NCBI GenBank assembly: GCA_030704615.1
Contig: CM060732.1
Coordinates: 20,398,001-20,462,000 of the forward strand
DNA from: Takakia lepidozioides
Lineage: Eukaryota; Plantae; Bryophyta
Length of the DNA: 64,000 nucleotides
Reading direction: 5' to 3'
The notes beneath the pieces were generated by a model. That model was not told the DNA's origin. It made no database searches and saw only the letters and a list, made by a program, of their open reading frames with translations. Below, piece after piece: positions 37,243-47,817 of this stretch. A program made the position numbers and the translations under genes. How positions within the stretch are numbered: position 1 is the stretch's first letter; each line of letters opens with the position of its first letter.

Positions 37243-39940
37243 TCATGCTTTCTCCGCCTCCACCGCGGTAATTTTCTTAGAGCTATTACGTGTCGTGTTT
37301 TTTCTGGCGGGCATTGTCCAAACGACATAGTTAATGTGAATCCACTTAGGGGGATCATCTGGAATGAACTCCCAAACTTTGGACCAACAATCTCTGTAGC
37401 TTTCCAAATCGGAAGGGCTACCTCCTTTCTTGGGTCTCCACCATTCGATGTGAATCTTCTTAAAATTCCCGGATCCTCTATCTCGGACCACATCCGATAT
37501 TGCCATCCCCATCCAGACTGGAAACGTCACAGTATCTACTGGTCGAACCAAGACGAAGAATCCGTTCTCAATATCCTTGAACGGATTTAGATACTGCTTC
37601 GGTCTATCACACCGGGGCCCACAATACGGCTCCAGGACTTCATCTTCTTCCGACAGATCATCCTCTGCAGGTGTATGGATTCCGGCTCTGTGGTGGTTGA
37701 CAGCCCACTTGGTTGAGGGCCAAAAACCCTCTTTAAGCTCGATTGAATGTCGTGATTTAACTGGAATGGGAAGATCAAGTTCTGCAAGGATTGCTTCCCA
37801 GTATTGATCATACTGCATCATGATGTCACGATAATGATCGTCAAGCAACATCCCCTTCTTCTAGAACTCCCTGTATTTTCCAGTTTTGATAAAAGACTGT
37901 TTATCGGAGGAGTCATCTCCCACACCCCAAATTGGTGTTTTTTTTACAGCCCTGGGTTGTACTGCTAAAGACAACTTTGGAGTTCCATTGGGATTCGACT
38001 TCCACATCTTCACCGCGCCTTTTTTGGGGAGCCACTCAGAATCAGTAGCAAACTTCTTAAACTTCATGATAGGCCACCCATCTTCATCTACATAGAATCG
38101 AAATACATGCATTTCTGTTTGCCCAACTAAAGCTTCTTTTCCATCGAGAAATGCAACCATCCACATACGCCTTGAAATCTGGCACCTCTTGCATGATTTG
38201 AGGAATAAATTGCAGATCTTGAGAGATCATAAAAAAACCTCATAAGATCGGAGAGAACGTAGGTGTTGTTTTGCTTCAGCTTCTTCGATAAATAACTGAA
38301 GAATCCGTCGATGTCCTCATAGGTGTGGCCAACCATGAGAAATCCCATCTGAATCTCCTCAAACACTCCTCTCGCAGTTAGGAGCGACAGAAAAACCAAC
38401 ATCCACCTGTTTTTGTTTTTCTTCACGCAGTTGTCCAACTGCAGGTAGAGTCTTCACGGAAGAGGGACTTTTCCTTTTTTCTTCTCCTTATCGCCGAAAG
38501 GTTTCAGGACATCGAGACACCTCGATTTACCCTTCATCAGAGATTCGAAAAAAGAATTCTGAGGTGGGTGGTCAAAGATGTTATGACTTTCGTGGCAAGA
38601 GGGCTTCTCTAGTTGGCGGAGGCATCTTTCTAGAGAGCCAATCGTGAAGTTCGGGTCTCCCGGCCAGAAGTCCAAAGAGTACTGTCCGTAGGCTCCGTCC
38701 CCGTGGCCGTGGGTAACCAAGCTGGTCAGCGGGATTGGAAGCTGACCTAATCCGGAGACCATCTTGTTCGTCGTCTGCAACCTTGGAATAGCTGTTTTCC
38801 GATGATCTATCTTGTCATGAATGATGCAGAAGAACTTGAACGGCGTCATGGCGGACTCATTCCTCCAGCTGTGATAGAGTCTCCTGCAAGACTCCTGAAG
38901 CCTGAGGTGCTTATCAAGTGCTTTCTTGTGTGAGGCCTGCTCATCGCTACGTTTGACCGACTTCTTGATTAGGTCTTTGAGCATCTCACAGTCTGTGCAT
39001 TTGGCAAACGTGCTACCACTTTTTCTAACCTCGACATTGGGAAAAATCCGTTGTCTGATTCTGCTCACGGCTGCCTAGGAGATAGGCTTCAACCCACATA
39101 TTTTATTCGCCTGCAAGACAGACAGGGGGAAATGAAGCGCGATCGCCCGAGCTTTAATAGAGAGATGTCTGAAACATTGCGTGGAAGCAAAACAGCGAAG
39201 GACCAAAAAAATATGGAATTCGGAAAGTGGTATACAGAAGAAGAACTCACCTCATTACACTCCTCACGAACTTTTTTCCAGTTCAGTTCAGGTGGCAGAA
39301 CTCGAAGAGTATCTCTCCGTCCGTCACCAATACAACGGGTCTTATGAGGCATGAGATCGGAGTTTCCATTTATAATGGACATTAAGTTTCCTTCAATTTG
39401 ACGAGTTTGTGGACGGGGCCGTTTCACTCCGGAATTCCCGTGCAACGATGTAACCACACCCTCTCTGCTTAACTTTTTGTATTCCATGTAGGTTGACCGA
39501 CCGATTCCGTGGATTGTCCACCAAGCTGTTTCACACACATCAACGCCCTCAATGGTTATGTAGGCCTTTGTCGAAACCCCGCCGATTCGATGAAGTCTTT
39601 TGGGCACATCAAAACCGAACTCTCTCCGTTCGTCGTAAGATGATCCCCAATAAGCGGTTCGGATAGCGAATGTTTTTCTCCAGTCGAAATATTGGTAACA
39701 CTGTAAATTGCAACATTGTTTGCTGCTGACTTCTCGAACTGCCTCCAGAGAGAGGCGAGTATTTATCTTTTTGGAATCGTCTTTTTTCGGATCTTTTTTT
39801 GGTCTGTTGAAATGCCGGTACGTTGCTTTTTTCACACCTTTCTCGTTGTGACCAAAATATGCTTGTTCCTCGCTATTGACGAACCTATCAAGCTTATGTG
39901 ACAATGTCTTGTCACTATCAGTCAACCGAGTCTGCTTCAA
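37243..39940 (-). pseudogene. Sola-like DDD transposase (GHTxEDID type), spliced and disrupted
   Basis: FAKCTDC; IIHDKIDHRKT; YLQLDNCVKKNKN; FLMVGHTYEDIDGFFS; predicted intron ~39111-39250; C-terminal beta-rich domain FFVLVRP...VWMG...IEWWRP. Confidence 0.8.
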
Positions 39941-39981
39941 TGGCTAGATCACGAGACACATGAGATTGGTCGAACCACCAT

Positions 39982-40458
39982 TCAAAATCCTTGTAACGAG
40001 CACCCCGACGTGATGTTCTCCAACTTTCTCACCTCGTCAGGATGACATGCTTGAATTTTGTCCTCGTACAAAGCACTTTGTTCATCTCCAAGGAGAATAC
40101 ACATCTTATTTCTCCAGCTGTCTCTACCCATAGCAACATCGTTATTCGGAGACAACCTTGACATGTCTGATTCATTGTGTTCATTGTCCAATTTTGGATC
40201 GGAATAATCCGCAGATGTCAATTCCACCTCCGAAACATGAGGATCCTCATTGTTGGTGTTGGTGTCACTCCCACTATCTTTTTGAATTTCCACAATATCC
40301 AAAACGACAGGTGTTCCAATTGCTTCTCCCAAAGAGTCCGCATCCATATGCGGATATGGCAACAACACAGAAGAATGTGCCGGATCGCAAGACACTATAA
40401 CAACAGATATTGTGGACCCGTGTAGCTGTCGTCCATGACAACTTCCGCAACCAGTCAC
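39982..40458 (-). pseudogene. TNP1/En-Spm-like accessory domain upstream of the transposase
   Basis: HGRQLHGSTISVVIV...VLLPYPHMDADSLGEAIGTPV resembles the HG.PL...V.V....LP.P....L.DA.G motif of plant transposon accessory proteins. Confidence 0.45.
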
Positions 40459-41729
40459 GTTGAGACATTCTGTTGTTGCGACGATAGAGTTCGAGCCTTG
40501 AAGAGTGATGAATACTTTTGACCAGTTTGGAACGACGACATTTCCACGAACCTCGCGCGATCGCGCGTATATCCTTCAGTAGAGATGCTGGTGATTGTTG
40601 ATTTGGCACTATATTGATGGACACTAAGAAAGAGTGAAACAATAAGTTACTGAAATAAGTTTAGAAAAAACTGAAGAGAAGATGAAAAAGTACCTCGCGC
40701 GATCGCCCGCATTTAGGGTTATAATGATTTAGGAATTGAAAATAGAACTCAAACTCTCGGATTATGTACTAGAATGTAGCATGTAGTCTGTATTGGTCGA
40801 AATAAAAATTTGTAGAAAATAAAAGGATCTGCTAAAGCTTCGACCCGAATGTACAACATTGTCTACGACTCCATAACAGAAATAGAACTAAATCGACGGG
40901 CGTTCGCGCGTGGTTCAGATGGATGAAATGAAGGACGGATGAATAATGGTAAACGGGTTTTGGATGACAACAAAGAAAATGGATGAATAAATGAAAACAT
41001 GGATGAACGAAACAGTTGTAGTGATTAAAACGGTCGGGTGTGTAGGTAAGATATTTGCGGACAGTGGATGGGAACAGAGGAGCAGAGAGACAGAAGAGAA
41101 ATCCAGATGAAGTGGAGAGGCTCTCAATATTTACAGGAGTACCAAGGGAAGAATGAACGTAAGACAGACAGTCCTGAAGATCAGCTAGCCAGAGCAACTG
41201 AGAGGGAAAAAAAGGCATGCGTGCACAGGGCAGGCTCTTATACGGATTGTCAAACAGTCTGAGGTCGACATGTTCACATTACAGAGGTGCGTTTGGAGTG
41301 TCATGGATCGACACATGTCGCCCTTGATATGCTCTTTTGTATAATCTAGTGGCTATTATGTGTTCTCCAGAGCAGAAATTTAGGTAGGAGTCTGAAATCC
41401 TCCGAACATTAAGGGGTCCATAAGTTATTGCGGCCACTGCGAATAACTAACTGATTCGAGATCTGGAATCTGACATCCAAAGCACGTGAGAAGCAGCAAA
41501 TCCAATGTTGAATTAATGATGCAAGAGAAGGAATAGTCGGCGACGAAAGTGGCCGCCTCTTAAGGCCAGTGTGATGAGCCGGTGGCCATCTATGGCAGGG
41601 TGACATTACGTAGCCGCAATGAACGTGGGGCCGTAGATGAGGTGTAGGTAGAGAAACCGTCAGATCGATCAAATCCCAGATGCACGTCCCGACACGTCAT
41701 TATTGAACCTATGAATAATAATTTAACAT

Positions 41730-41819
41730 TGGATGAAATAAGAGCCTACGTGGATGAAATAGACGTATACTGGATGAGATGACTGCCCTAGTGGATGATT
41801 CAACTCCCCTCATGGATGA
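41730..41819. repeat. Phased TGGATGA array (candidate subterminal repeats)
   Basis: Motif at 41730, 41751, 41771, 41792, 41813; a second cluster at ~40920-41006. Confidence 0.75.
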
Positions 41820-42357
41820 GTGCTGTCACGGGAACCCGCAATCATTCCAGGGAGTTCACTTTATGAAGGCGTCGGATTGCCGCGCCGTAACGTTCTGGAC
41901 AAACTAGTGGAGTCAATTCATTATTGACAGTCATGTCGCATCATTGATTGTACCTGCATATATTTAGGGGTCCTCAGCAAAACGGTGGGACAAACATCCT
42001 GCCTTTCATTCATCCATGCATCGAGGCCACAAACCGTCGGACGCGACATAACGCCGACGGTTGAGATCACAGGTGGTAAGGCATATAAGGAGGAGTGACC
42101 GAAAGGAGACTCCTTTTGCATTCATTTAAGACACGCGGAAGCCCTGCTCAATTTCGGACTCAGGGAAGAGGTGCGAGAGAGAGCGACAGAGCGAGGGAGG
42201 CAGAGAGGTGGAGATCGAGGAAGCGAGAGATTGAGAGATCGAGGGAGTGTGAGTTGGAGTGAGTGTTAGTGGGTTTGAGCGATTCACCGTGTGCGGGGGG
42301 AGTGTGACAGAGTGAAAGGAGGGCAAAGCAAGAGAGTACGCTATCCCGGAAGCTGTT

Positions 42358-43333
42358 TGTCGCGCGGCTTTTACTCACCCATCCCTTCGCTATTCGAGGC
42401 GGAAACTCCAAGATAGAAGAGTTGGAAATCTCTAAGTACTCAGCCCGCGCAGAACAGTCAGTCATGACCTACAGCTAGTGTATCATGGGGGTGTTTCCTA
42501 TTTATTTCCCTTTTGGCATTCATGTTAGCTATCTTACCATTGATAATTAAGTATCAGTTTGCTTTATCAATCTATTGGATTCCATCAACTCATCCATTCA
42601 TTCCACAGCTTCACTCAGATCTCTCTACACAGTGTGATTGTATCGTAAAAGTATCCGATTATGATTTATCAGGTATCAGGCCGAAGCCATTGTGTCTCTA
42701 ATCTGCTCTACAATATCATTACAACCTTGCATATATCAAGCATCTACTCATCATCTCTCTATCTTCACTTTCGTTCTTCATCTCTGCCCGATCCCCTTTC
42801 CTCCATGACCAAGAAGTCCTCCTCCGAATGATATCCCCAAAATTCCCCGCTTCCCCCTTTATCTTCCTACCCGTGGTTCTAACCGTTTCCCTCACTAACC
42901 GTCGTCTGTGAACTAACATGTTCCCTTCGCAGGTGTTGTTCCCCACAGTCGTTCCCTGTCCTGCTCTCCGTTCCCTATGATCGTGACAGCTGTGTCAAGC
43001 TGTGACTGGCTGTATGAAACTGTGACGGGCTGTGACTGGCTGTGCGACTGTGTTTGGCTGTGTCGGGTTGTGAGTGGCTGTGTGGCTGTGTCGGCTGTGT
43101 TGGCTGTGTCGGTTGTGACGACTGTGACGGGCTGTGTTGGCTGTGTCGGCTGTGACGACTGTGACGGGCTGTGTTGGCTGTGTCGGCTGTGACGACTGTG
43201 ACGGGCTATGTAACCCCCCTCTACAGTGCGCTGCTGTCACCCCTAAGGCTCCTGTTGGTCTCAGTCTGTGCAAAAATTAAGGGTACCCTACAGATCCCGT
43301 ATAAGTGTCTAAGTCCCCGACAGTCCTCTAACA
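42358..43333 (-). repeat. 3' LTR of gypsy element 3
   Basis: Near-identical to 54541-55438 with extra GCTGTG-repeat units; adjacent to the PPT. Confidence 0.95.
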
Positions 43334-43371
43334 TTACCCCTTCCCCCCTCAAAAAGCCGTGTCCTCACGGT

Positions 43372-46300
43372 TTACTGATTTCGACTAGCAAACCTTTGTG
43401 AGTGAGCACCTTTTTGACGTTGAGAGTTTCGTGGCGGACTGTGTGTACGAGCCCGAGGTCTGTCTCTGGTTGACGGAGATGGTTGATTACTACCTGGATA
43501 AGTGAGGCCCTCTGGAGGCTGATATCGAGGTAACCTTTCCGGCATAGGAGACCCCCGTCGCTTCTTCTCTGCCATCTGAACTGTATAGTCTTCTCCCATG
43601 TCAAAAGAATTCGGTGAAGAAACAGTTGTATCAGAATCCTCATCGCCTCTCAGGTGTTTTAATTTTCGAACTTTTTGTGGAATCATCTGGGGCATACAAT
43701 GTTGTCCTACCATGTCTGGAAGTTTATATTTTACAACTTGGTGTAACCGTTGAACAACAAAATTGGTGTAGACACTGAGCTCCTTGTCTGTCCAGGTGAG
43801 TGGGGTACCAATTACTGGTGCAGCGTGCAAGTATTTCCATGCCACATGTCCCTTATAGAAAATATCATCAATGCCGAATTTCTGTGTTGACAAATTGTTC
43901 CAGGCCGCTTGAAACCATGAACGAATTTGAGAATCCTTTTGCATCATAACTTTTGGGTCATATAGGTACATATGAGGTGGCACCGAAGGTAATACCCAAT
44001 GATCTCCACTGGAATAACTCAGAAAGCGTGTTTGCATCTTTTGTTGCTCAATGTGGTAACGTACCAGAAAACAAGCAGCGTAGTATAACCCGCATCCCAT
44101 GACAATACTTGCTACCTCCTTGGTCTTGGTATAAATGAGCCCATGTACAACCTGGAAAGCAATCAATTCCCTCAACATGGTACCTGCCTCGTGCCAGTAT
44201 TGTGCAAAGTGATGATCTTCAATATGTCGATTGTTCGGAAGAACTTTAGTCCTAGTTGCCACTGGCAGCCAAATACGCATGATTTGGTAGTAATGTGCGA
44301 ATGACTGCGGAGGACTAAATTCTTTCCAAGCCAAATCCAACATGATGGGAATTTGGTTGAAGGGCATAATCATAGCCCTACTGTACTCCCTTGCAGCTGG
44401 AGTTTTAGGTGGGTTAAAAGCAGCATTGCCCCATACCTCAGGCTGTGGTGGCTGTGGTGTGGTTGTAGTAACCACAGGTTCAGCTACTGGTACAGTGACT
44501 TGTTGTGGTGGTGGTGGTACTGGCTCTTGTATCATTGGCATCTCCTGCACCTCCTGTGAAGACTGAAAAGCCAAAGTTCTGGCTTGTAAATAAGAAGCCA
44601 TTAGCTGTTCCTGAGGGATATAGACTCTTTTGTCGATGTTTGAAGTGAGGTCCTCCACTTGAGTCTGCAGTCCGTCTACATCCTCTTGTAACTCTGCTAT
44701 CCTACTATAGACATTGTCTATAGTAGTTGTGGCAATGTTCTGCACCTGCAGCCTGAGCTCATTCATCTTGCTTTGGGTGAGCTTCCGTGGTGCTTTGCCC
44801 TCTACTGGCCCTTGTGCTAACCAGACCTGCATAAGGCTGTTATCCACCAAGTTGCTTGTGGTTCCCCTGAGAGTTTGCTCCTCTCTTAGCTTGTACACTT
44901 CTAATTGCTGTTGTAAAGCCTCCATGCGCTTTGCATGAGGTTCAACCAATTGCGCATAAGCAGCAAGTAGATTATTGGCTTCCTTCCAAGCCTTGTTATT
45001 GACCGCGATTTCATTTCTATTGGCCATGATGGTTTGTTGCAACTCCACGATGTGCTTCTCTTGATCAGCTTCAATCTGCCTGTATTGCTTGAAAGTATCC
45101 TCATTGCGACAGATTGTATTCTTCATATCGACAATGAGCTTCATTTGCTCAACATTCTCTTCTTCTGCCTTCGTACATTTTTCCGCTTGACTGTTTATTT
45201 CTTTTGTAGATTGGTCAAGCATAGTTGTGAATGTAGCACATTGTATCGCCATCCTGTCATGCACTGTCTGCAACTCCGTATGTAGTGCATTCACTTCTTG
45301 CAACTTGCTTTCATGCTGCACCTGCATTTGGTATAGCTGTTGCTTATGTGCTTCGTGCAACTGGTCTTGCGCGAGGCCTGCCTCAATCAATTGTTCCTTG
45401 GCCAATTGCAAAGCTACTTCTATATTTCCCAAGTCCTGCTGCATCTTGAGAGTGACCTCTTCATCGACCTTGTTTGCACACTCAGTGGCTAGTCGAGCCT
45501 CAAACTCCTTTCTGAGTTCCTCTCTCAAGGCTGTCAATTGGGTAATTGGAATATGGGATTTGACATAAGTCCCCAACAAATTAAGTGTCCTGCCTATGGA
45601 ACTCATCAGCATTGCCTGTTGAGGGTCATCATGGTGAGGTTGCTGCTGTTCCTCCTGATCCTCAACAGTGTGATGTCTCATGAACCACTCAGGCCATTGT
45701 CCCACCGGATTTTCTTCCTGAACCACTTCATCTATCACCGGTGCTACAGTGTCATGACCTTCCGCCTGTGGTACCTCCGACACAGGTGTGTGTATTATAT
45801 GCACCTCAGGATTTCCCTTGGGCAACTGTTGTACCTCTGGAATCTCTGTCTCCTTGACCAGATCAGAATATTCATAGAGAAGGTCCCCCTTCTCCATTTC
45901 TGCCACTATCTGTTCTGTAGTTGGAATATCTAACCCTTCTCTTTCCAAATCAATTATTTCTGGTTGAGCTGCATGGACAACTTGTGACCTTGTGACAAGT
46001 CGATCAGCTGGCTGTGATGGTTGTGATACAGAAGTAACTTCCTCCTCCATCTCTGAAGGTTTTGCTTCCAGTAATAGCATTTCTCTGTACTGTTGTGCCC
46101 CTTCCTGGCCATGAGCTTGGGAAACATTATCATGCGGAATCCGTGAAGCCAGTGGATCCGCCACTACAGTCTTTCCCCGTCTCTGCCTCTTAGTCTCGGG
46201 TTGCCCTGCTAGTCCACCCTCACTGTGTGAAGAGCCTTGCTCTTCCATTGCAGTGGTTTCTGGCTCAAACACTCCCATTTCCTTTCTTTCTTGCGCATCA

Positions 46301-47046
46301 AGTATGCCAGAATCAAGGATTATTTGAGCAATGATTGGGCCAGACACTATGATAGGAGACTTTGCGGTAGTACCTTGTAATCTTTTCATCTCCTCCACCA
46401 GTGCGTTGTACATTATGTCCGCCCATTGTACCTCTTGTCCCTTCAGGCCTTTGAGTATTTCCTCCGTGAATGATCTGCTCAAATACTGTTGGTTCTGTTT
46501 CATGGCAATCAGAACGTTCAATACCTGGCCTACCTCTTTTAGCCCTGGGTACACAGCCTTGGTACAAGCATAACCCTGAGTTTTAAAGAAACTCCCTTCT
46601 TGGAATAAGTCCCCTATTTGCAGTCTTGCCCTGTGTTCCTCCACATGCACTTGACCTGCTGGCAATCGAAACAATTGCTAGAGGTATAGGGGAGTAATCA
46701 TCAATTCAACTCCCTTCACCGTTGTTGTTCCTGCCCTTGGCTCAAAGTTCTGCAAAAATTGTAACATGTACTGTCTATGGTGTAATGTCCAATCTAGGCT
46801 TTGTAATCCTTGCAATCTCAGCTCCTCCAGTATCTGTATCGCCTGTGGGGTAGCAATCGTTTGTTTCTGTAGAATTGTGGTGCTCTTCACCCTGATTTCC
46901 TCCATTCCTCTCACTCTCTTCATTTTAGACTCACAGAACTGTTTTGGCTGTAACAACTGCAGGAATGCCTGTAGTGCACAAAGCATAAACGTATGGTTGC
47001 CGCAGAAAGCTATGGGTAATTTCTTGTAAGCCTGCGGGGCTTGCAA
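43372..47046 (-). CDS. Extra ORF downstream of pol (~1,220 codons, one in-frame stop), coiled-coil-rich
   Basis: 46678-47046 and 43372-46674 are in the same frame; the N-terminus resembles plant-transposon/Athila-ORF-type domains (V.WADIMY..L); long Q/E/K helical middle. Confidence 0.75.
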
Positions 47047-47612
47047 GCATCGCTCAAGAGAAAAGCTCCGCTCTGTCCTTTCGTGTCTATGCCACTACGT
47101 AAGTAATATTACGAGCGTATAGTCTGTTAGTTCCTCCATAGTTTCCAAGCTATAGCATTGATGGTCTGTCCCGTCGAGACGCCCGTTACTCAGAACGACG
47201 CCGCCTCTTGCGCTCAATTTCCCTCCATTTTCTTGATCATTTCTCTGGTTTTCTATTGGCTGTATCCGCTGTGACTGGATTTTAGATTTTATTTTATTTA
47301 GTGGACTTTCCCTGCTGGATAGTCCACTAGGATCACACATGTGACAAGAATTTCGCTTTTCTGTACTTGCCGTTCGTTCCGTTTCCCTTTTTCCGTATTC
47401 ATTAATGGGCCCGCCTTTCATCCCTTTTGACGGCCGTTCTTGTCCTCTTTCTTTTTGACACCTGTTCTTGCACTTCCTTCTCGGCTGTGTGTCGCGCCCT
47501 GACCTCCACGTGTCTATTTTTAAAGTAATTTCCGTTTTCTCTTCCGTCAGCCATTTTCCTGAAGTTATTATGCGTTCACTTGTCACTGATTCTATGGATT
47601 GTGTAACTTTAG

Positions 47613-47817
47613 TAGGCTGTGTTGAGCTGTGACAGGCTGTGTCATACTGTGTTACGCTGTGATAGGCTGTGATGCACTGTGGTAAGCTGTGACACGCTGT
47701 GGTAGGTTGTGATAGGTTGTGTTGCGCCGTGCTGGGCTGTGATAGGCTGTGTCACGTTGTGATGGGCTATGATAGGCTGTGTCACGTCGTGATGGGCTGT
47801 GATAGGCTGTGTCACGT
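47613..47817. repeat. ~30-bp GCTGTG tandem repeat at the end of integrase
   Basis: GGCTGTGATAGGCTGTGTCACGT(C/T)GTGAT units (RDTAYHSPS in frame). Confidence 0.85.

Larger units (their letters stand above)
11089..40912. repeat. Dispersed 18-bp palindrome CACGCGCGATCGCGCGTG (~19 copies)
   Basis: Copies start at ~11089, 11597, 12023 (perfect), 13550, 14674, 23836, 26213, 26301, 26389, 28647, 28838, 29264, 29596, 30026 (perfect, 26 bp with flanks), 30238, 39134, 40552, 40694, 40895. Confidence 0.92.
11089..41820 (-). mobile_element. Large decayed cargo-carrying DNA transposon (Sola-like transposase); termini not defined
   Basis: Co-oriented minus-strand spliced ORFs plus transposase; 18-bp palindrome found only in this span and absent from the nested LTR elements; TGGATGA arrays near 41.8 kb. 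Confidence 0.6.

Noticed and set aside
11089-40912. CRISPR array or cyanobacterial contamination suggested by the palindromes/HIP1
   Set aside because: Irregular kb-scale spacing, no cas genes, and spliceosomal introns with plant retrotransposons in the same DNA
9949-41830. GTGACAGCA (9956) / TGCTGTCAC (41821) as TIRs of the Sola-like element
   Set aside because: Only 9 bp match; outer bases differ and no TSD seen
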